Below, in pieces: positions 26,840 to 40,195 of a stretch of 64,000 nt of DNA (the stretch's first letter is position 1; each line of letters begins with the position of its first letter). Made by a program: the position numbers and the translations under genes. The notes under the pieces were generated by a model. It was not told the origin of the DNA and did no database searches. It saw only the letters and a list, made by a program, of their open reading frames with translations. Origin of the DNA: Callorhinchus milii. Its lineage: Eukaryota. The DNA lies in the NCBI RefSeq assembly GCF_018977255.1, contig NW_024704742.1, forward strand, positions 9,922,001-9,986,000. Direction: 5' to 3'.

Positions 26840-27090
26840 ATAATCCGTGCGTTTGACAAACGATGCCGTATCACGTCAGCGTGACGTCTCAAAGCTCTTT
26901 GAAGGAGTTCACTGTCAAGTGTAGTGACTGTGTATTCGTAGGCAAGCACAGCAGCCGACTGGCACATGGCAGTGTCCCACAAATAGCCATGAAGTGAACC
27001 ACCAATTTTATCTGGAAGACTGTCAGAGCCAGGACACCGGGAGAGAGAAACTCGCTTTTCTTTTCAAATAGTTCTGCAGGATGAACGTGA
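26840..27090 (-). mobile_element. DeuSINE 3' part
   Basis: Tail and Deu 3' segment similar to other copies. Confidence 0.65.
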
Positions 27091-27867
27091 TACCACAAAT
27101 ATCAGAAGAGCACCAGCCATCCTGAAACCTTAGGCAAGTTTCCTTACTCTACACATCTCTGTTTACCAAGCAGTAAGTAGGAACCCGGTTGTTAGTCGAT
27201 TGGCCGATCGTTCTTCCAGGGGTAATAATCTCTTTAAAACAATTAGGTCACTCAACCCATGACTGTTTGTAGGACACTGCTGTGTGCAATTGACTGCCGT
27301 GCTGCTCCCACAAAATATACAGTCTTTATGGTATGTTCTGTGAAGCGCTTTGAGACATCTCGAAGATGTGATAAAGCGCTATATCAAATGCAAGGATTAT
27401 TATTATCCCATTTCCTATATGACCAGCCATCCTCTGGCCTCTCTCTCTTAGCAGAATTGCCAAAGCAAGTGGCATTTTAAGCTGCATTATCAAAAGCTTC
27501 AACTGTGCACCTAATACTTATAATGAGTCAAAAACACACTGCAGTCAAGGGCTACATTGATAAATGAATGGCCTGGAATCAGGCAGTGATATAAATCCCA
27601 GTTGCTGTCCAAATTACACTGTGCAAAGACTCCACATCACAGGATTTGATCACATGGCCAGCCATGAATCACCGTGAGCTGTGACGAGAGCCAAAGGCAA
27701 AAATAAATAAAAGCACAAAAAAGTGAAACATTTGTCCGTTGTACAGATTATACGGTATAATACCATCTGGTGTTCTGAGTTGAAATTAACTGATTAATTG
27801 AGTCTAAACCACTCCCATCCATGTATGGTCCTTTCATTCCTCGTTTTATTATTACTGATTATTATCA

Positions 27868-28258
27868 TGGAGTCCTGTAGCTTAGTGATTAAAGCCCTCG
27901 CCTCGCAAGCGAGAGGACTTGCGTTCAATTCCCGGGCAGGGCGAAGCGTTGGGCAAGTTTCCTTACTCCACATGCCTGTTTAACCAGCAGTAAGTAGGAA
28001 CCGTTGTTAGTCGATTAGTGGATCACTTTTCCAGGGGTAATAATTCCTTCAAAAAAAATTGGTCATTTCAATCCACGACTGTTTGTGGGACACTGTTGAG
28101 TGCAATTGGCTGCCTTGTTTTGCCCACAAAATATACAGTCAAATCACTTTGCTGTATAATAATAATAATAATAATAATCCTATATTCTGTATATTCTGTG
28201 AAGTGCTTTGAGGCATCTCGAAGATGTGATAAGGCACTATATCAAATGCAAGGATTAT
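27868..28258 (+). mobile_element. tRNA-derived SINE with internal (ATA)n insertion
   Basis: Full family sequence. Confidence 0.88.
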
Positions 28259-29601
28259 ATGTCAATATTATACATAGCAGCTGCAGCACTGGAGATGCAC
28301 TGACCTGCTTGATCACGGCTTCAAATCCTGTATCTGAGATGAGACAGCACACCTCTATTAGGGAGCACTTGGGGGATTGCAATTGCCTCCAGCAATCGCT
28401 GGGTTTCATAAATTTTCATAGATTGTAAACAGAAACAGGCCATAGGGCCTGACAAATCCGTAACAGTGTTTATACTCCACATGAGTCTCCACATGAGCTA
28501 TTTTATACTTGCATCCCCTGCATACAGACTCTCCAACAAGTGGGATCAGCCTATATATGACAACCCTATCAAACTCTTTAAGGTTAGCGAGGGAAATATC
28601 ATTCCAACCCGCCAGTACCAACAACTAGGATGTCAATAACACAATTTTTTTTTCACCTCGTTAAAGATCTCAGTGCACTTGGCAGAGTGGGAGAGTGAGC
28701 AGGATGGGAGATGAGGGTGTATAGGAGTGAGATGACCGAAGGCACAGTCAGAGAAAGTTTTTTTGAGAAGGGTTTTGAAAGTGGAAAGGGACTGGTGGGG
28801 CAAGATGGTAGAAATTCTAAGAAGAGGAACTCTAGAGAGCAAGTTAATGGTGGGAAAGTGCCCTGAATTAAAGTTGGGTGCCCTGAAATATAAAAATATT
28901 ATACTCCATTTATTGACTTCAGTGTTCCGGAGGTTTAAACCAGCTCTTTGTAATGTTAGCAAGGAACGATCTGCTGTCTCTGGCACTCTACCCTGTGTGA
29001 AGGGGGCTCTATAAATACAACTTCTTGTTGTTGTCTGACCGGTGAGGTGCTCCGTGCTGAGAAGGAGAACTCTATTGGGGTATTTTGATGAAGGTTCGTG
29101 CCTGCCCGATAAGGTAACTTGTTTTCCGCTTGGGGATAAATGTGTTGGTCAGCTTTTTTTGCGGGGTGGCAGGGGGGCAGCCTGGAGAAAAGCAGCCGAG
29201 GCAGCTTTGTGAAGTCACTGTAATGACTGTGAAGTCACCCTGTGAGCAGCCTGGTATCTCAATCCTGACACTGATCACAAGAGAGGGACATGGCAGGCCT
29301 GGCCCGTACTGTGCACAGCTTGAGAGAAGTACAACCAGATCCTGTCTCTCCAGGCTTCCAGAGAGAACTGAGGCTTGGCAGCTAAGTAGTTGTACTGCCC
29401 AATGCCTCCTATCTTTTACCCTGTGCCCTGTCGACTCAAACCGGTGGCAATCAACAAGAATGGCAATTTGTTAGAAGAATTTGTTACTGAAGCAATAGTT
29501 TTCTTTGGCAATGCCCTTGGTAACAATATCCAGTGTGCTGGAGCAAATCGCAACAGGTTGGCCTCTCTTGGTGGGGTGGACCACCAACCATATACTTTAT
29601 T

Positions 29602-29973
29602 GTGGAGTCCTGTAGCTCAGTGGTTAGAGCACTCACCTCGCAAGCAAGAGGACCTGGGATTCCCGACAGGGTGAAACGTTGGGCAAGTTTCCTTACTCCA
29701 CACGCCTCAGTTTACCTAGCAGTAAGTAGGAACCTGGTTGTTAGTTGATTGGCAGATCACTTTTCCAGGGATAATAATCCCTTAAAAAAAAGTAATAATA
29801 ATTTGGTCACTCAATCCATGACTGTTTGTGGGACACTGCTGTGAGCAATTGGCTGCCGCGTTTCACCCACAAAATATACAGTCAATTCACTTTATAGTAT
29901 ATCCTATGAAGCCCTTTGAGACATCTCGAAGATGTGATGAGGCACAATATCAAATGCAAGGATTATTATTATT
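29602..29973 (+). mobile_element. tRNA-derived SINE, dominant family
   Basis: Full-length copy. Confidence 0.9.
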
Positions 29974-30941
29974 ACAACCACCCTGACCTTTCGATCGCAG
30001 AGGAACCGGTGGAGCACGATGTGAGTGTAACCAATGTCAAAGGAGCAGTTTCTTGATGTGGGAGGAAGAGTTGGGATTCCGAGGCTGGAACCTGCCGGTC
30101 CATATTAGGTAGGAGACTTTTACTTTATATGAGAGAATTGAACACATTTCCTCTGACCCCATGCTTGTCCATTCAACAAGGCTGAAGGCAAACAGTAACT
30201 AAATTGGTGCAATCTTGCACCGTGTCCGTGTTGAGGTTGGCCTTATGTCAATTATGTTTATTTGTTACTGAAGCAATAGTTTTCTTTGCTTGTAAAGTCG
30301 TATAGCAAAAGCTTTGGATTTCACACAATAATAATCCTCATATTTGATATAGCGCTTTATCATGTATTTGAGACGTCTCAAAGCGCTTTACAGAATATAC
30401 TGTAATGTAGATTGACTGTATATTGTGGGCAAAACATCATAGCCAATTGCGCACAGCAGTGTCCCACAAACAGTCATGGAGTGAATGACCAAATTTGTAT
30501 TACCCTTCAATAATTTAAAACGTAAAACTTTATAAAGTTCAAAAAAATTTCGAAGTTAAAATGAAATTCCTGTTCTTTTAGCCAGCTGGGAATGAAAACC
30601 GGATCCTTCACTGAACATTGAGAAAATAAACAAGTCAGCCAAAATGATTGTGGGAAACATGAGGAAGTACCTAACTGGTCAATATAGACATGTACAGGGA
30701 AGTGCCAGTGTGTGAAGAGATTTGTAATTGAGGGTGAGGATCTTGAAGTCATTCCTATTTCAGTCTCTGATGGAATTTGAATTGCATCTCACATTTCTCA
30801 CATTGGGTGAAGGCGTGAGTGATCATCTTGATCTTGTCTCACCACAATGATACATAACACATTGGAACGCCAACCAAACTACCAATAAGAGTGAAATCTC
30901 AACTGTACAGCCAATTCACGTGGCAGCACTCTCATCTGAGG

Positions 30942-31255
30942 CAACAACAACAACAAATTACATTTGTATAGCGCCTTTCACGTGAGGATGATGTCCCAAA
31001 GCACTGAACGGTCAGGGATCCGCATGGCTGTTGGGATCAGGAAGTGTGGAGGACGGGGAGGATAGGGGTTGACAGAAGGCACAGTCGAAGAGGAGGGTCT
31101 TAAGACGGGTCTTAAAGGAGGCAAAGGAGGGGGGAGGCGGAGGGACTGTGGGATGGAGTTCCAGAGCGTGGGTGCAGAGAGGCTGAAGGCCCGCCTGCCA
31201 ATGTTGGGGCGGGCAAGATGGCGGACATGAAGCAGGCCGGAGCCCACTGAGCGGT
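30942..31255 (-). mobile_element. L2 3' fragment
   Basis: Encodes SGLLHV...IGRRAFSLSAPTLWNSIPQSLR; (GTT)n tail. Confidence 0.88.
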
Positions 31256-31619
31256 GGGAGGCAAAAGGTTTTGTGAGTTTGATATGAGCTTACAGTCTTG
31301 GCTGACACTCCTGTGCAATGCTGGGGTAAGCTGCACAGGAAGAGGTGCCATGCTAACGATTGAGGCGTTAAAACGAGATCCCATCCGGATGTTAAAATTC
31401 CCAGAGCATTGTTTGAAAAGACAATGGAGTTTCTCCCAGTGTTCCAGCTAATAAATCCCAGATAAATCAGTCACTGACTTTATGCTTGTTTATGGGACCT
31501 TGCTTGCATTGGACCGTGTTTGCTGACAAGTAGAGTCTCCTTTATCCTTTACAGAGCTATTCTATTCCTGTGACGTGCCTTGAGACATTGGGATGTGATA
31601 AAGTGTTACAAAAATGTAT

Positions 31620-32225
31620 AATAACCCTTGCATATGATATAGTGCCTTATCACAGCAAAATGTCTCAAAGTGCTTCACAGGATTTACTGTAAAGAGTAGT
31701 GACTGTGTATTTTGTAGCAAATACAGCAGCTAATTTGACCACTGCAAAGTCACACAAACAGCTATGATGGGAATGACCAAATTGTTTTCAAGGTTCTGAA
31801 CATAGGAAGAAATACTCTTCTATTTTCATACAGTGCCAAGGGATCATTAATGACTTCCTGAACAGGAAGACAGGACCTTGGTTTAGTGGAATCCTGTAGC
31901 TTAGTGGTTTAAGCACTCGCCTCATGTGCGAGAGGACCAGGGTTTGATTCCCAGGCAGAACGAAACGCTGGATAAGTTTCCTTACTCCACACGCCTGTTT
32001 ACCTACCAGTAAATAGGAACGCGGGTTGTTAGTCGATTGGCGGATCACTTTTCCGGGGGTAATAATCCCTTCAAAGAAATAATAATAATTAAGGATTATT
32101 ATTATTATCTTCTCTTCTGAAGGAAAACACCTGCAGCACTATTTTGCAGCCGAGATAATGAGCTCAAAAAGTCCTGAGGTGGGGCTTGAACCCACAATCT
32201 TCTGATGTAAGAGGCAAGAGAGTTA
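31620..32225 (-). mobile_element. DeuSINE interrupted by a + strand tRNA-SINE (31888-32108)
   Basis: Deu sequence stops at 31886 and resumes near 32110. Confidence 0.65.
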
Positions 32226-34085
32226 TTGATCAGATCATGATACAGTATTTAATTCACTGGTTCAGAGTGGATGACAGATTTTCTTCCCTCTTCCCCAGGC
32301 TCTGATTCCTCGCATTGCCGGAAGCTGACATGAATCGATACTGTATGAGAAGCAGCCTACAGCCTTGCACTGCGGTAGCCCTGACAGATCTAACAAAGAT
32401 CAAACTCTGATACTCCTTCCACAGCCTGAAGGAGATGGTGTTATCAGGTACTCAGCTAACATTTACCCCCCACGACCCCCACCCCCAGTGGTATGCTGAG
32501 AGTTCAATTTATTCGGTACAAGTTGCTGCGTCCCAGTGGGTAAATGGTGAGAATAACTGCTGCTATATTCTACTTTGGTACTGCAGATACGTGGCGCTTG
32601 TGCAAACCTGCGATCTGTACGCAAATTATTATATCGGAAGCAAATTCAGCCAAGGTTTTAAAAAAGGAGAGAGGAATGGGGTGTGGGTGGGTGATCCGTA
32701 CTGCGTGACTCCACAAATGGCAGCTCAGCCTCTGGAACCAACTACTCTGACTGCCAGAATCATGGGAACAAACATTCAAGTCATGCGGAGCCCAAGGGCT
32801 AGGACTTACTGAGTTCGGTAATGCTCAGGAGCTGATTCCCTGAGCTGGGGGAAGCACCCAGGTACAAAGCAGGCCATGGCAGTCAGAATAGAGGTCCGTC
32901 AATCCACCAGAGATCACTTTGCAACAGCTAAATCCAGCACCCATGTGACCTGGCTGTGGTTTGCTGGGATGCCCCAGGCCTGAGGAATGGTTTGCAGCAC
33001 AGGAATGCTGAACTCTCTGTTGATTCGTTCTGAGTAGAGAGGGCGAAGATAATAATAATCCTTGCATTTGATATAGCGCCTCTCACGTCTTCTAGACATG
33101 TCAATGCACTTCACAGAATACTCTGCAAAAGTGAATTGACTTAATATTTGTGGGCGAAACACAGCAGCCAATTGCGCACAGCAGTGTTCCACAAACAGTC
33201 ATGGCTTGAGTGACCAAATTACTTTTAATTTTTTTGAAGGATTATTATTCCTGGAAAACCTTAAGAAGGCTCAGCTACAGGGGTATGGGGTAAATGCAAT
33301 TGAAAACATTGCTCTTGAGGGATCTAGACACAAACACGATACGCCAAATGGCTTTCTTCAGGGCCGTAAATTTCTATGGTTCTATGATTCTGTATTTACA
33401 ATATTTGTAACGATGCCTTCTTTACAATTGCTGTCATACATTGGCAGCTCTTGAATCTGTGAGATTAGCAGGCCACCGAGGAGGGAATGGTTTAACATGA
33501 TAATAATAATAATCCTTGCATTTGATATAGCACTTTTCACGTCAGGAGGACGTCCCAAAGCGCTTCACAGAACACACTGTAAAGTGAATTGACTGTATAT
33601 TTGTGGATGAACGCAGCAGCCAATTGCGCACAGCAATGTCCCACAAACAGTCGTAGATTGAGAATAACCAATGTATTATTGTCTTTGATGTCAATAAAGC
33701 TCACAAAACTTACATCGCCTATAATGTTTCAATGAAAATGTTTCAAACTGCTTTATAGGTCGCTGTTGTCAAGTGTAGTCACTGTGTATTTGGGGACAAA
33801 CACAGCAGCAAATCTGCACGCAGTAAGATCCCACAAAACAGCCAGAAAGTGAATGATCAATTAATCAGGAGTCTCATTGGCCTGGACACCAGAAGAAACT
33901 GCCTTCTCTTTTTGAATGTTAATCTTTAATGTCAGGCATGCAGACGGGAACTTAATCTAAGATCTCATCCAAAAGACAGCACCTCTGACAATGCAGCACT
34001 CCCCCAACACTGCAATGGAGTATCAGCCCAGGCTATGATGTAAAAATTGAGTGAGAGTGATATCAACTGAGCCAGACAGAGACCA

Positions 34086-34416
34086 TGGAGTCCTGTAGCT
34101 CAGTGCTTAGAGCACTCAACTCGCAAGCGCGAGACTTGGGTTCGATTCCAGGGCAGGGCTAAACTTTGTGCAAGTTTTCTTGCTCCACACGCCTCTGTTT
34201 ACCCAGCAGTAAATAGGAACCAGTTGTTAGTCGATTGGCGGATCGTTTTTCCAAGGGTAATAATTCCTTCAAAAATAAATAATAATTTGGCACAATTGGC
34301 TGCCATGTTTCACCCATAAAATATACAGTCAATTTACTTTCATATATTCTCTGAAGCACGATGAGACATCCAAAGATGTGATAAGGAGTTATATCAAATG
34401 CAAGGATTATTATTAA
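34086..34416 (+). mobile_element. tRNA-derived SINE (head-to-head with a minus-strand DeuSINE at ~33770-34075)
   Basis: Intact A/B boxes and tail. Confidence 0.88.
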
Positions 34417-36047
34417 TAGTAAATAAGCTTCCTCCATTAATTTCAAAGATCCACTCATTGTCTCTCCTATTAAAATGTAAGTTTTTTAAAAAAGTTTTTT
34501 AAAGTTGTTTTTTTACCCCTCCGCACAAAAAAAATGTAGTTAGCCCAACTTCTCTGAAGGCACTGACTCTTTCTGTGAGATTGTATTTGTTGCCTCATTT
34601 GCTACAAATATACAGTTACTACACTTCAGTCAATCCTGAGAAGTACTGAGGCATTTTGACGACATGATAAAGTACCATGTCAAATGCAAGCATTATTATG
34701 ATTATTGAAGGTTGAAATGTCCCCAGAACTCTCTGGTGTCACCAATTTGCACAAAACAATGTTCAATAAACAGTCATGAAGCGGTTTAACACCACTTTCA
34801 GTTGACTTGCCTTCGAATAATAATCCTTGCATTTTATATAGCTCCTTATCACGTCATCGAGACGTCTCAAAGCACTTCACAGAACATATAGTAAAGTGTA
34901 GTGACTGTAGTGTTTTGTGGGCGAAACGTGGCAGCCAATTGCGCACAGCAGTGTCCCACACACAGTCCGATGTGCATGTCTGGACTCCCCAATACTGTTG
35001 AGACGTCTCAAAGAGCTTCACAGAATATACTGTCAACTGTATTGACTGTATGTTTTGTGGGCAAAGAGCTTTCAGTAAAGAAACAAAACCCTGTGTTTCT
35101 CTGACCATCCGGCAAACGTGACACTCCACAGGGACATCACTCACTCTTGAGAATGGCTGGGGGAGCGCCGAATAAGGGGGCAATTCTTTGCATTGAGATC
35201 AGATCCAGGAAAACTTTTTTTTCTTTTAAATGCCTGAGATATCAAGAGCTGAATTTATTTAACAGGTTTTCATTCCTTTTCTCCTAGGATTATTGGATGT
35301 CCCTCCTGTCATAGCATGTTTTTTAATCCTTGAGGTTGTTAGTTGATTGGCGGATCGCTTTTCCGGGAGTAATAATTTCTTCAAAAATAAATAAATAACA
35401 AATTGGTCACATCAATCCACAACTGTTTGTGGGACACTGCTGTGCGTAATTGGCTGCCACGTTTCACCCACAAAATATACAGTCACTACACTTTACAGTA
35501 CATTCTGTGAAGCACTTTGAGACGTCTCGAAGACACGATAAGGCTCTGTATCAAATGCAAGGAATATAATTATTATTTTTTGATGTTAGATCACTCTCTC
35601 CTTCCTCCTCTCTCCATTGCTCTTTCACACTAACACACACACTGCAGGTGAATACATTTGCTGCAACACAAAAAGGAGGAAGGGCGTTTGCTGGTGCAGA
35701 CCTGAAATTTGTGGTGAGCAAATTGTCCTCAAATGGGGAACAGCTTTGTTTTCACTGTTGGGTGAAACTGAACCCGAAAACTTGTGAAACAAGCGAGAGA
35801 GAGGGGGGTGCGGGGGGTGGGCACTGGTGCCTGGGTGAACCATTCCCACATGGAGTTTACCCTAATCTACAGTATTTCTCAGAGTTTCCACTGACACATG
35901 GAAACTCCAGCCTGGAAATAGACTAGGCTAGACAGCATTCCCACAAGTCAGTGTGATGTGGCTCCAGGCGTAGGCGTTACCATTTACATGACTCAAATCC
36001 CTTATTAACAGCACAAATTAGATCCACTCTTCCCTCTGACTTTATTA

Positions 36048-36475
36048 CTAATAATAATCCTGGCATTTGATGCAGCGCCTTATCACGTCTTCCGAGACAT
36101 CTCAAAGTGCTTCACAGAATATACTGTAAAGTGAATTGATTATATATTTTGTGGGTGAAACACAGCAGCTAATTGCGTAGTGTCCCACAAACAGTCATGG
36201 ACTGAAGTGACCAATTTTTTTTGAAGGAATTGTTACCCCCGGAGAAGCGATCAACCAATCAACTAACAACTGGGTTCCTACTTACTACTAGGTAAACAGA
36301 GGTGTGTGGAGTAAGGAAACTTGCCCAACGTCTCGTCCTGCCAGGAATCGAAACCACATCTCTCGCTTGCAAGGCGAGTGGTATAACCAACAACAACAAC
36401 TTGGATTTATATAGCGCCCTCCATGCCAGATGGCATCTCAGAGCACTTTAACCACTAACCACCAAGCTACAGGAC
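36048..36475 (-). mobile_element. tRNA-derived SINE with a short L2 tail inserted in its head
   Basis: Family sequence broken at about 36390-36448. Confidence 0.85.
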
Positions 36476-36821
36476 CATTACACTGGCCTGGGAGTGCTTG
36501 AGGCCAAAATAGAGAAGGGAAAAGCATTCCAATCCCATTCAGCATTCTTCACTTCAATAGAAATAAAATTCACTCCCTCTTTGTAAAATAAAGAGAAGAC
36601 ACACAAGTTTTTGTGCCCCTCGCCTTCTGTTCTAACAGCTGTCCTCTTTTCAGCCTGTACATTGGTGTGATTTTTAATTTAATCGATTATTCTAGCAAAT
36701 AGTAAAAATTGCACGCATTCTCTTCTCGCAGCTTGTTGTCATACAGAGTTCACATTCAACTGACGCATTTCATTGAATACGGAGATAAACAGACAGAGTT
36801 TATCAGATAGTTATGTGCATT

Positions 36822-37136
36822 ATAATAATCCTTGCATTTGATATAGCAACTTACCACGTCTTTGAGACGTCTCAAAAGGGCTTCACAGATTATACTATAA
36901 AGTGAATTGACTATACATTTTGTGGGCGAAACGCAGCAGCCAATTGCGCACAGCAGTGTCCCACAAACAGTCGTGGATTGAGTTACCAAATTTTTTAAAA
37001 AGGAATTATTACCCCTGAAAAAGCAATACGCCAATCAACGAACAACTGGATTCCTACTTATTGCTAAGCAAACAGAGGCTTGTGGATTAAGGAAACTTGC
37101 CCAATGTTTCACCCTGCCAGGAATCGAACCCAGGTC
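36822..37136 (-). mobile_element. tRNA-derived SINE, 5'-truncated
   Basis: B-box through tail. Confidence 0.88.
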
Positions 37137-38242
37137 ATTATTCCTCATTGACAGTGTTGGGAGTAATTATGCCACTGGGTCAGAAGCTCACAAGGACCTG
37201 AGCCTGAATCACTTTTTCTCTTTATTTGCTGATCACTCTGCTTTTTCATCTGATGTTCTCTCTTGGCTGCAGGCTGTTGGCTCACACGTCTCAAGCTGCA
37301 CCATTCCCAGGATGTCTTTTCTTCTGCCTCTTACTGGATTTGTTTCCATTTTTTGTGTGTGTTGGTAAATTTCCTCCAATTGGAAAATATAAGACACTGG
37401 ATGAAAGACTCCACTTTGCTTTGAAATAGCACCTTTATGTTTACCTGAATCACAAGGCAGACATTTATATACCAAATTATTCAGGGGATTTAATAATAAT
37501 AATCCCTACATTTGATATAATGCTTAATCACATCTACGAGACGTCTCAAAGTGTTTCACAAATTACAGAATGTAAAGTGAATTGACTGTATGTTTTGTGG
37601 GTGACATGTTCCAGCCGGGTTTCTATTTACTGCTAGGTAAACAGAGGCATGCAGAGTAAGGAAACTTGGCCAACTTTTCGACCTGCTGAGAATCGAACCC
37701 AGGTCTCTCGCTTCTAAGGCAACTGCTCTAACCACTGAGCTACAGGTTCTCTAATCCTCGCCATTTGATATAGCGCCTTCCCCATCAGGAGAATATCTCA
37801 AAGCGCTTCACGGAATTTAATGTAAAAATGTAGAGAATGTGTTTCTCGTAGGCAAACCCTGAAGCCAATTTGCACGTATTGTTTCACAGAAAATCATGAA
37901 GTTGAATGAGCAATTTTATCTGGTTATTGCAGGCCAGGACGCAGGGAGTAACTCCCTCTTTTCGAGTAGCGTCATTTAACATCCACCTGAATAGGCCAAC
38001 AATAAGAGTTTTTTTTTAAAGAGACAAGAGAAGGGATGCAGAGAGCTGGGAGTAATTATAGATTGGACTAAAATCTGATGTGTAAATTTGCTGGAATGAC
38101 ATTTACTGAAAACAGGACAGAAGTTTCCAACCAGGATTTGAGGATACTGACCAAGGCAATTTGTTATTGAGAGAACTGCTTGAAGCACCCAGGAAGCTGA
38201 ACTCCACACAGATTGCAGTTCTTCCTGTGACAGTTCAGGAGC

Positions 38243-38537
38243 ACTCCCTTCCACTATTTCTAAAGCTGTAATAGGTAAACTGGTCGTAAATGATTAAATT
38301 TAAAGAACAGAACCTTCCTGGACAAGTATTAGCCCTCTAAGACGCACAAAGCAACCAAGGCGATCCATGGCATCCGTTTGATATAAAGTGGCTTCTTTGT
38401 ATTTCGTGATAACACGGTCATTTCCAACCAGCAATTTGAGGGTACACTACCAAGGCAATTTGTTACTTAACACCCTTTCGTTACGAGGAAGAAAGACTGG
38501 TGGTACCTCGAGTCCGAGCTCCCCTTGGGCTGCTCCC
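38243..38537 (-). repeat. Diverged direct copy of 46388-46694 (PSD exon 3' end plus donor and intron start)
   Basis: Shared blocks include CCTGGACAAGTATTAGCCCTCT, GACGCACAAAGCAACCAA, ATATAAAGTGGCTTCTTTG and GTGGTACCTCGAGTCCGAGCTCCC. Confidence 0.92.
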
Positions 38538-38662
38538 ATCATGGGAAAGGACAACCATGTCCCTGTATCATGCAGCATTGAACAACGGGCACCACCATGC
38601 CACCCTGTCTTGAGGCACTTAGCAACCAGCTACAATGGCAACACACCTTACTTAAGTCCATT

Positions 38663-39225
38663 GACAACAACTTGTATTTATATATTGCCCTTCACGTGGG
38701 GTGGCGTTCTGGAGCGCTTGACAGTGGCGGAGTCTGACCCTGAGCCAGGGGGAAAGGGAAGTAGGAGGTGACCGTAAGCATGATCAAAAAGGAAGGTCTT
38801 TAGGTGGGATTTGAAAGTGTGGATGGAGGGGGCAAGGCGAGGGATTGAGGAAGAGAGTTCCAGAGTTTCGGAGCGTAGTGGCTGAAGGCATAGCCACCGA
38901 TGGTGGAGCAGAGAGGACAAGGGACGAACAGAATGCCAGAGCTGGCCGAGCGGAGGCAATAGATGGTGTAGTGGGGGTTGAGCAAGTCAGATAGATAGGG
39001 AGATGCGAGACATGAGGGGATTTGAAAACAAGTAATAGGATCCTGAAATCGATCCATTGATAATTGGGAGCAGGTCGAGCCTGGCAAGGACTGTGTGATG
39101 GGGGTATGGAGTTTTGGGCGGGTGAGTATCCAGGCGGCGGAGTTCGGAATTAGTTAAATTTTGTATGATGGAACTGAGGAGACCAGGGAAGAGGGCATTG
39201 GAATAGTCCTGCCGGGAAGTGAGGA
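38663..39225 (-). mobile_element. L2 3' fragment (second subfamily)
   Basis: Encodes SPYLSDLL...LRSASSGIL...IGGYAFSHYAPKLWNSLP. Confidence 0.85.
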
Positions 39226-39729
39226 AGGGTTTTAAATATGGTACGCTCACCACGGTCAATGGCCAGTCATGTACAGAACACGACACGGTCGGGAAGCACA
39301 TTCATCTTAATAATGCAGGTTTATGGAGCCTGTACTGGTGAGGTACTGAGTACAGGCTCCACTGTTATTAATCGTCATGGATCACAGGGCTGCTAATAAA
39401 CTCGCTCCAGCCCTGTGTCCAAAACAGTAATATCACTTCCTAAATACGTATCGCCTTGTTAGCCCATTGAAAAGGAAATCAGGAACAAATACTGCCCACA
39501 GGTCACGACCTTGAGCTCCTGACCCCCAGGTTTCTAAAACCTGAAATCAGACTGTATTACTGCGTTGTGTAACGGAGTCACAGAGCCGGTGCAGCCGTGC
39601 AAACCCAAAAGGGGCATCATCAGCACAAAGGGAGCTGTGAAGCTCTCAATAACTGCTTCGAATGAATCTCTTCAACGAACCGCAATCAGCAAAGCAAAAG
39701 GCAAAGGAAACAGACCCTCCACCCCACCA

Positions 39730-40195
39730 CTTGCTCCATTCCCCATCCCCCAGAGGATCGATTTCAAGATCCTCATCCTCACCTACAAGGCCATTCACGG
39801 CCTCGCTCCCTCCTACCTCTCCGACCTACTATCCCCCTACCTACCTGCCCGTACCCTCCGTTCCTCTGGCTCCGGTCTGCTCCACATCCCCCGCCCCAAC
39901 CACCCTACCATCGGTGGCCGGGCCTTCAGCCTCTCAGCCCCGAGGCTCTGGAACTCCATCCCCCAGTGCCTTCGCCGCCTCCTCCCTTTCCTCCTTCAAG
40001 GCCGGTCTCAAGACCTTTCTCTTTGACCGAGCCTTCAGCTCCCCTCTCGACTCTCTACCCCCTCCTCGCTCCCTCCCTTCCCTCCCCTCACCCTGACCAT
40101 TTCCCCCCTGCTCGGGTCCTGACCCAACTGTACAGCGCCTTGGGACGTCCTCCCGACGTGAAAGCGCTCTATAAATGGAATCTTGTTGTTGTTGT
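39730..40195 (+). mobile_element. L2 3' fragment
   Basis: Encodes PIPQRIDFKILILTYKAIHGLAPSYLSDLL...GGRAFSLSAPRLWNSIP; (GTT)n tail. Confidence 0.92.

Noticed and set aside
29602..29675. tRNA-Ala-like sequences here and in many other copies
   Set aside because: They are SINE heads, always fused to the SINE body, with degenerate acceptor stems.
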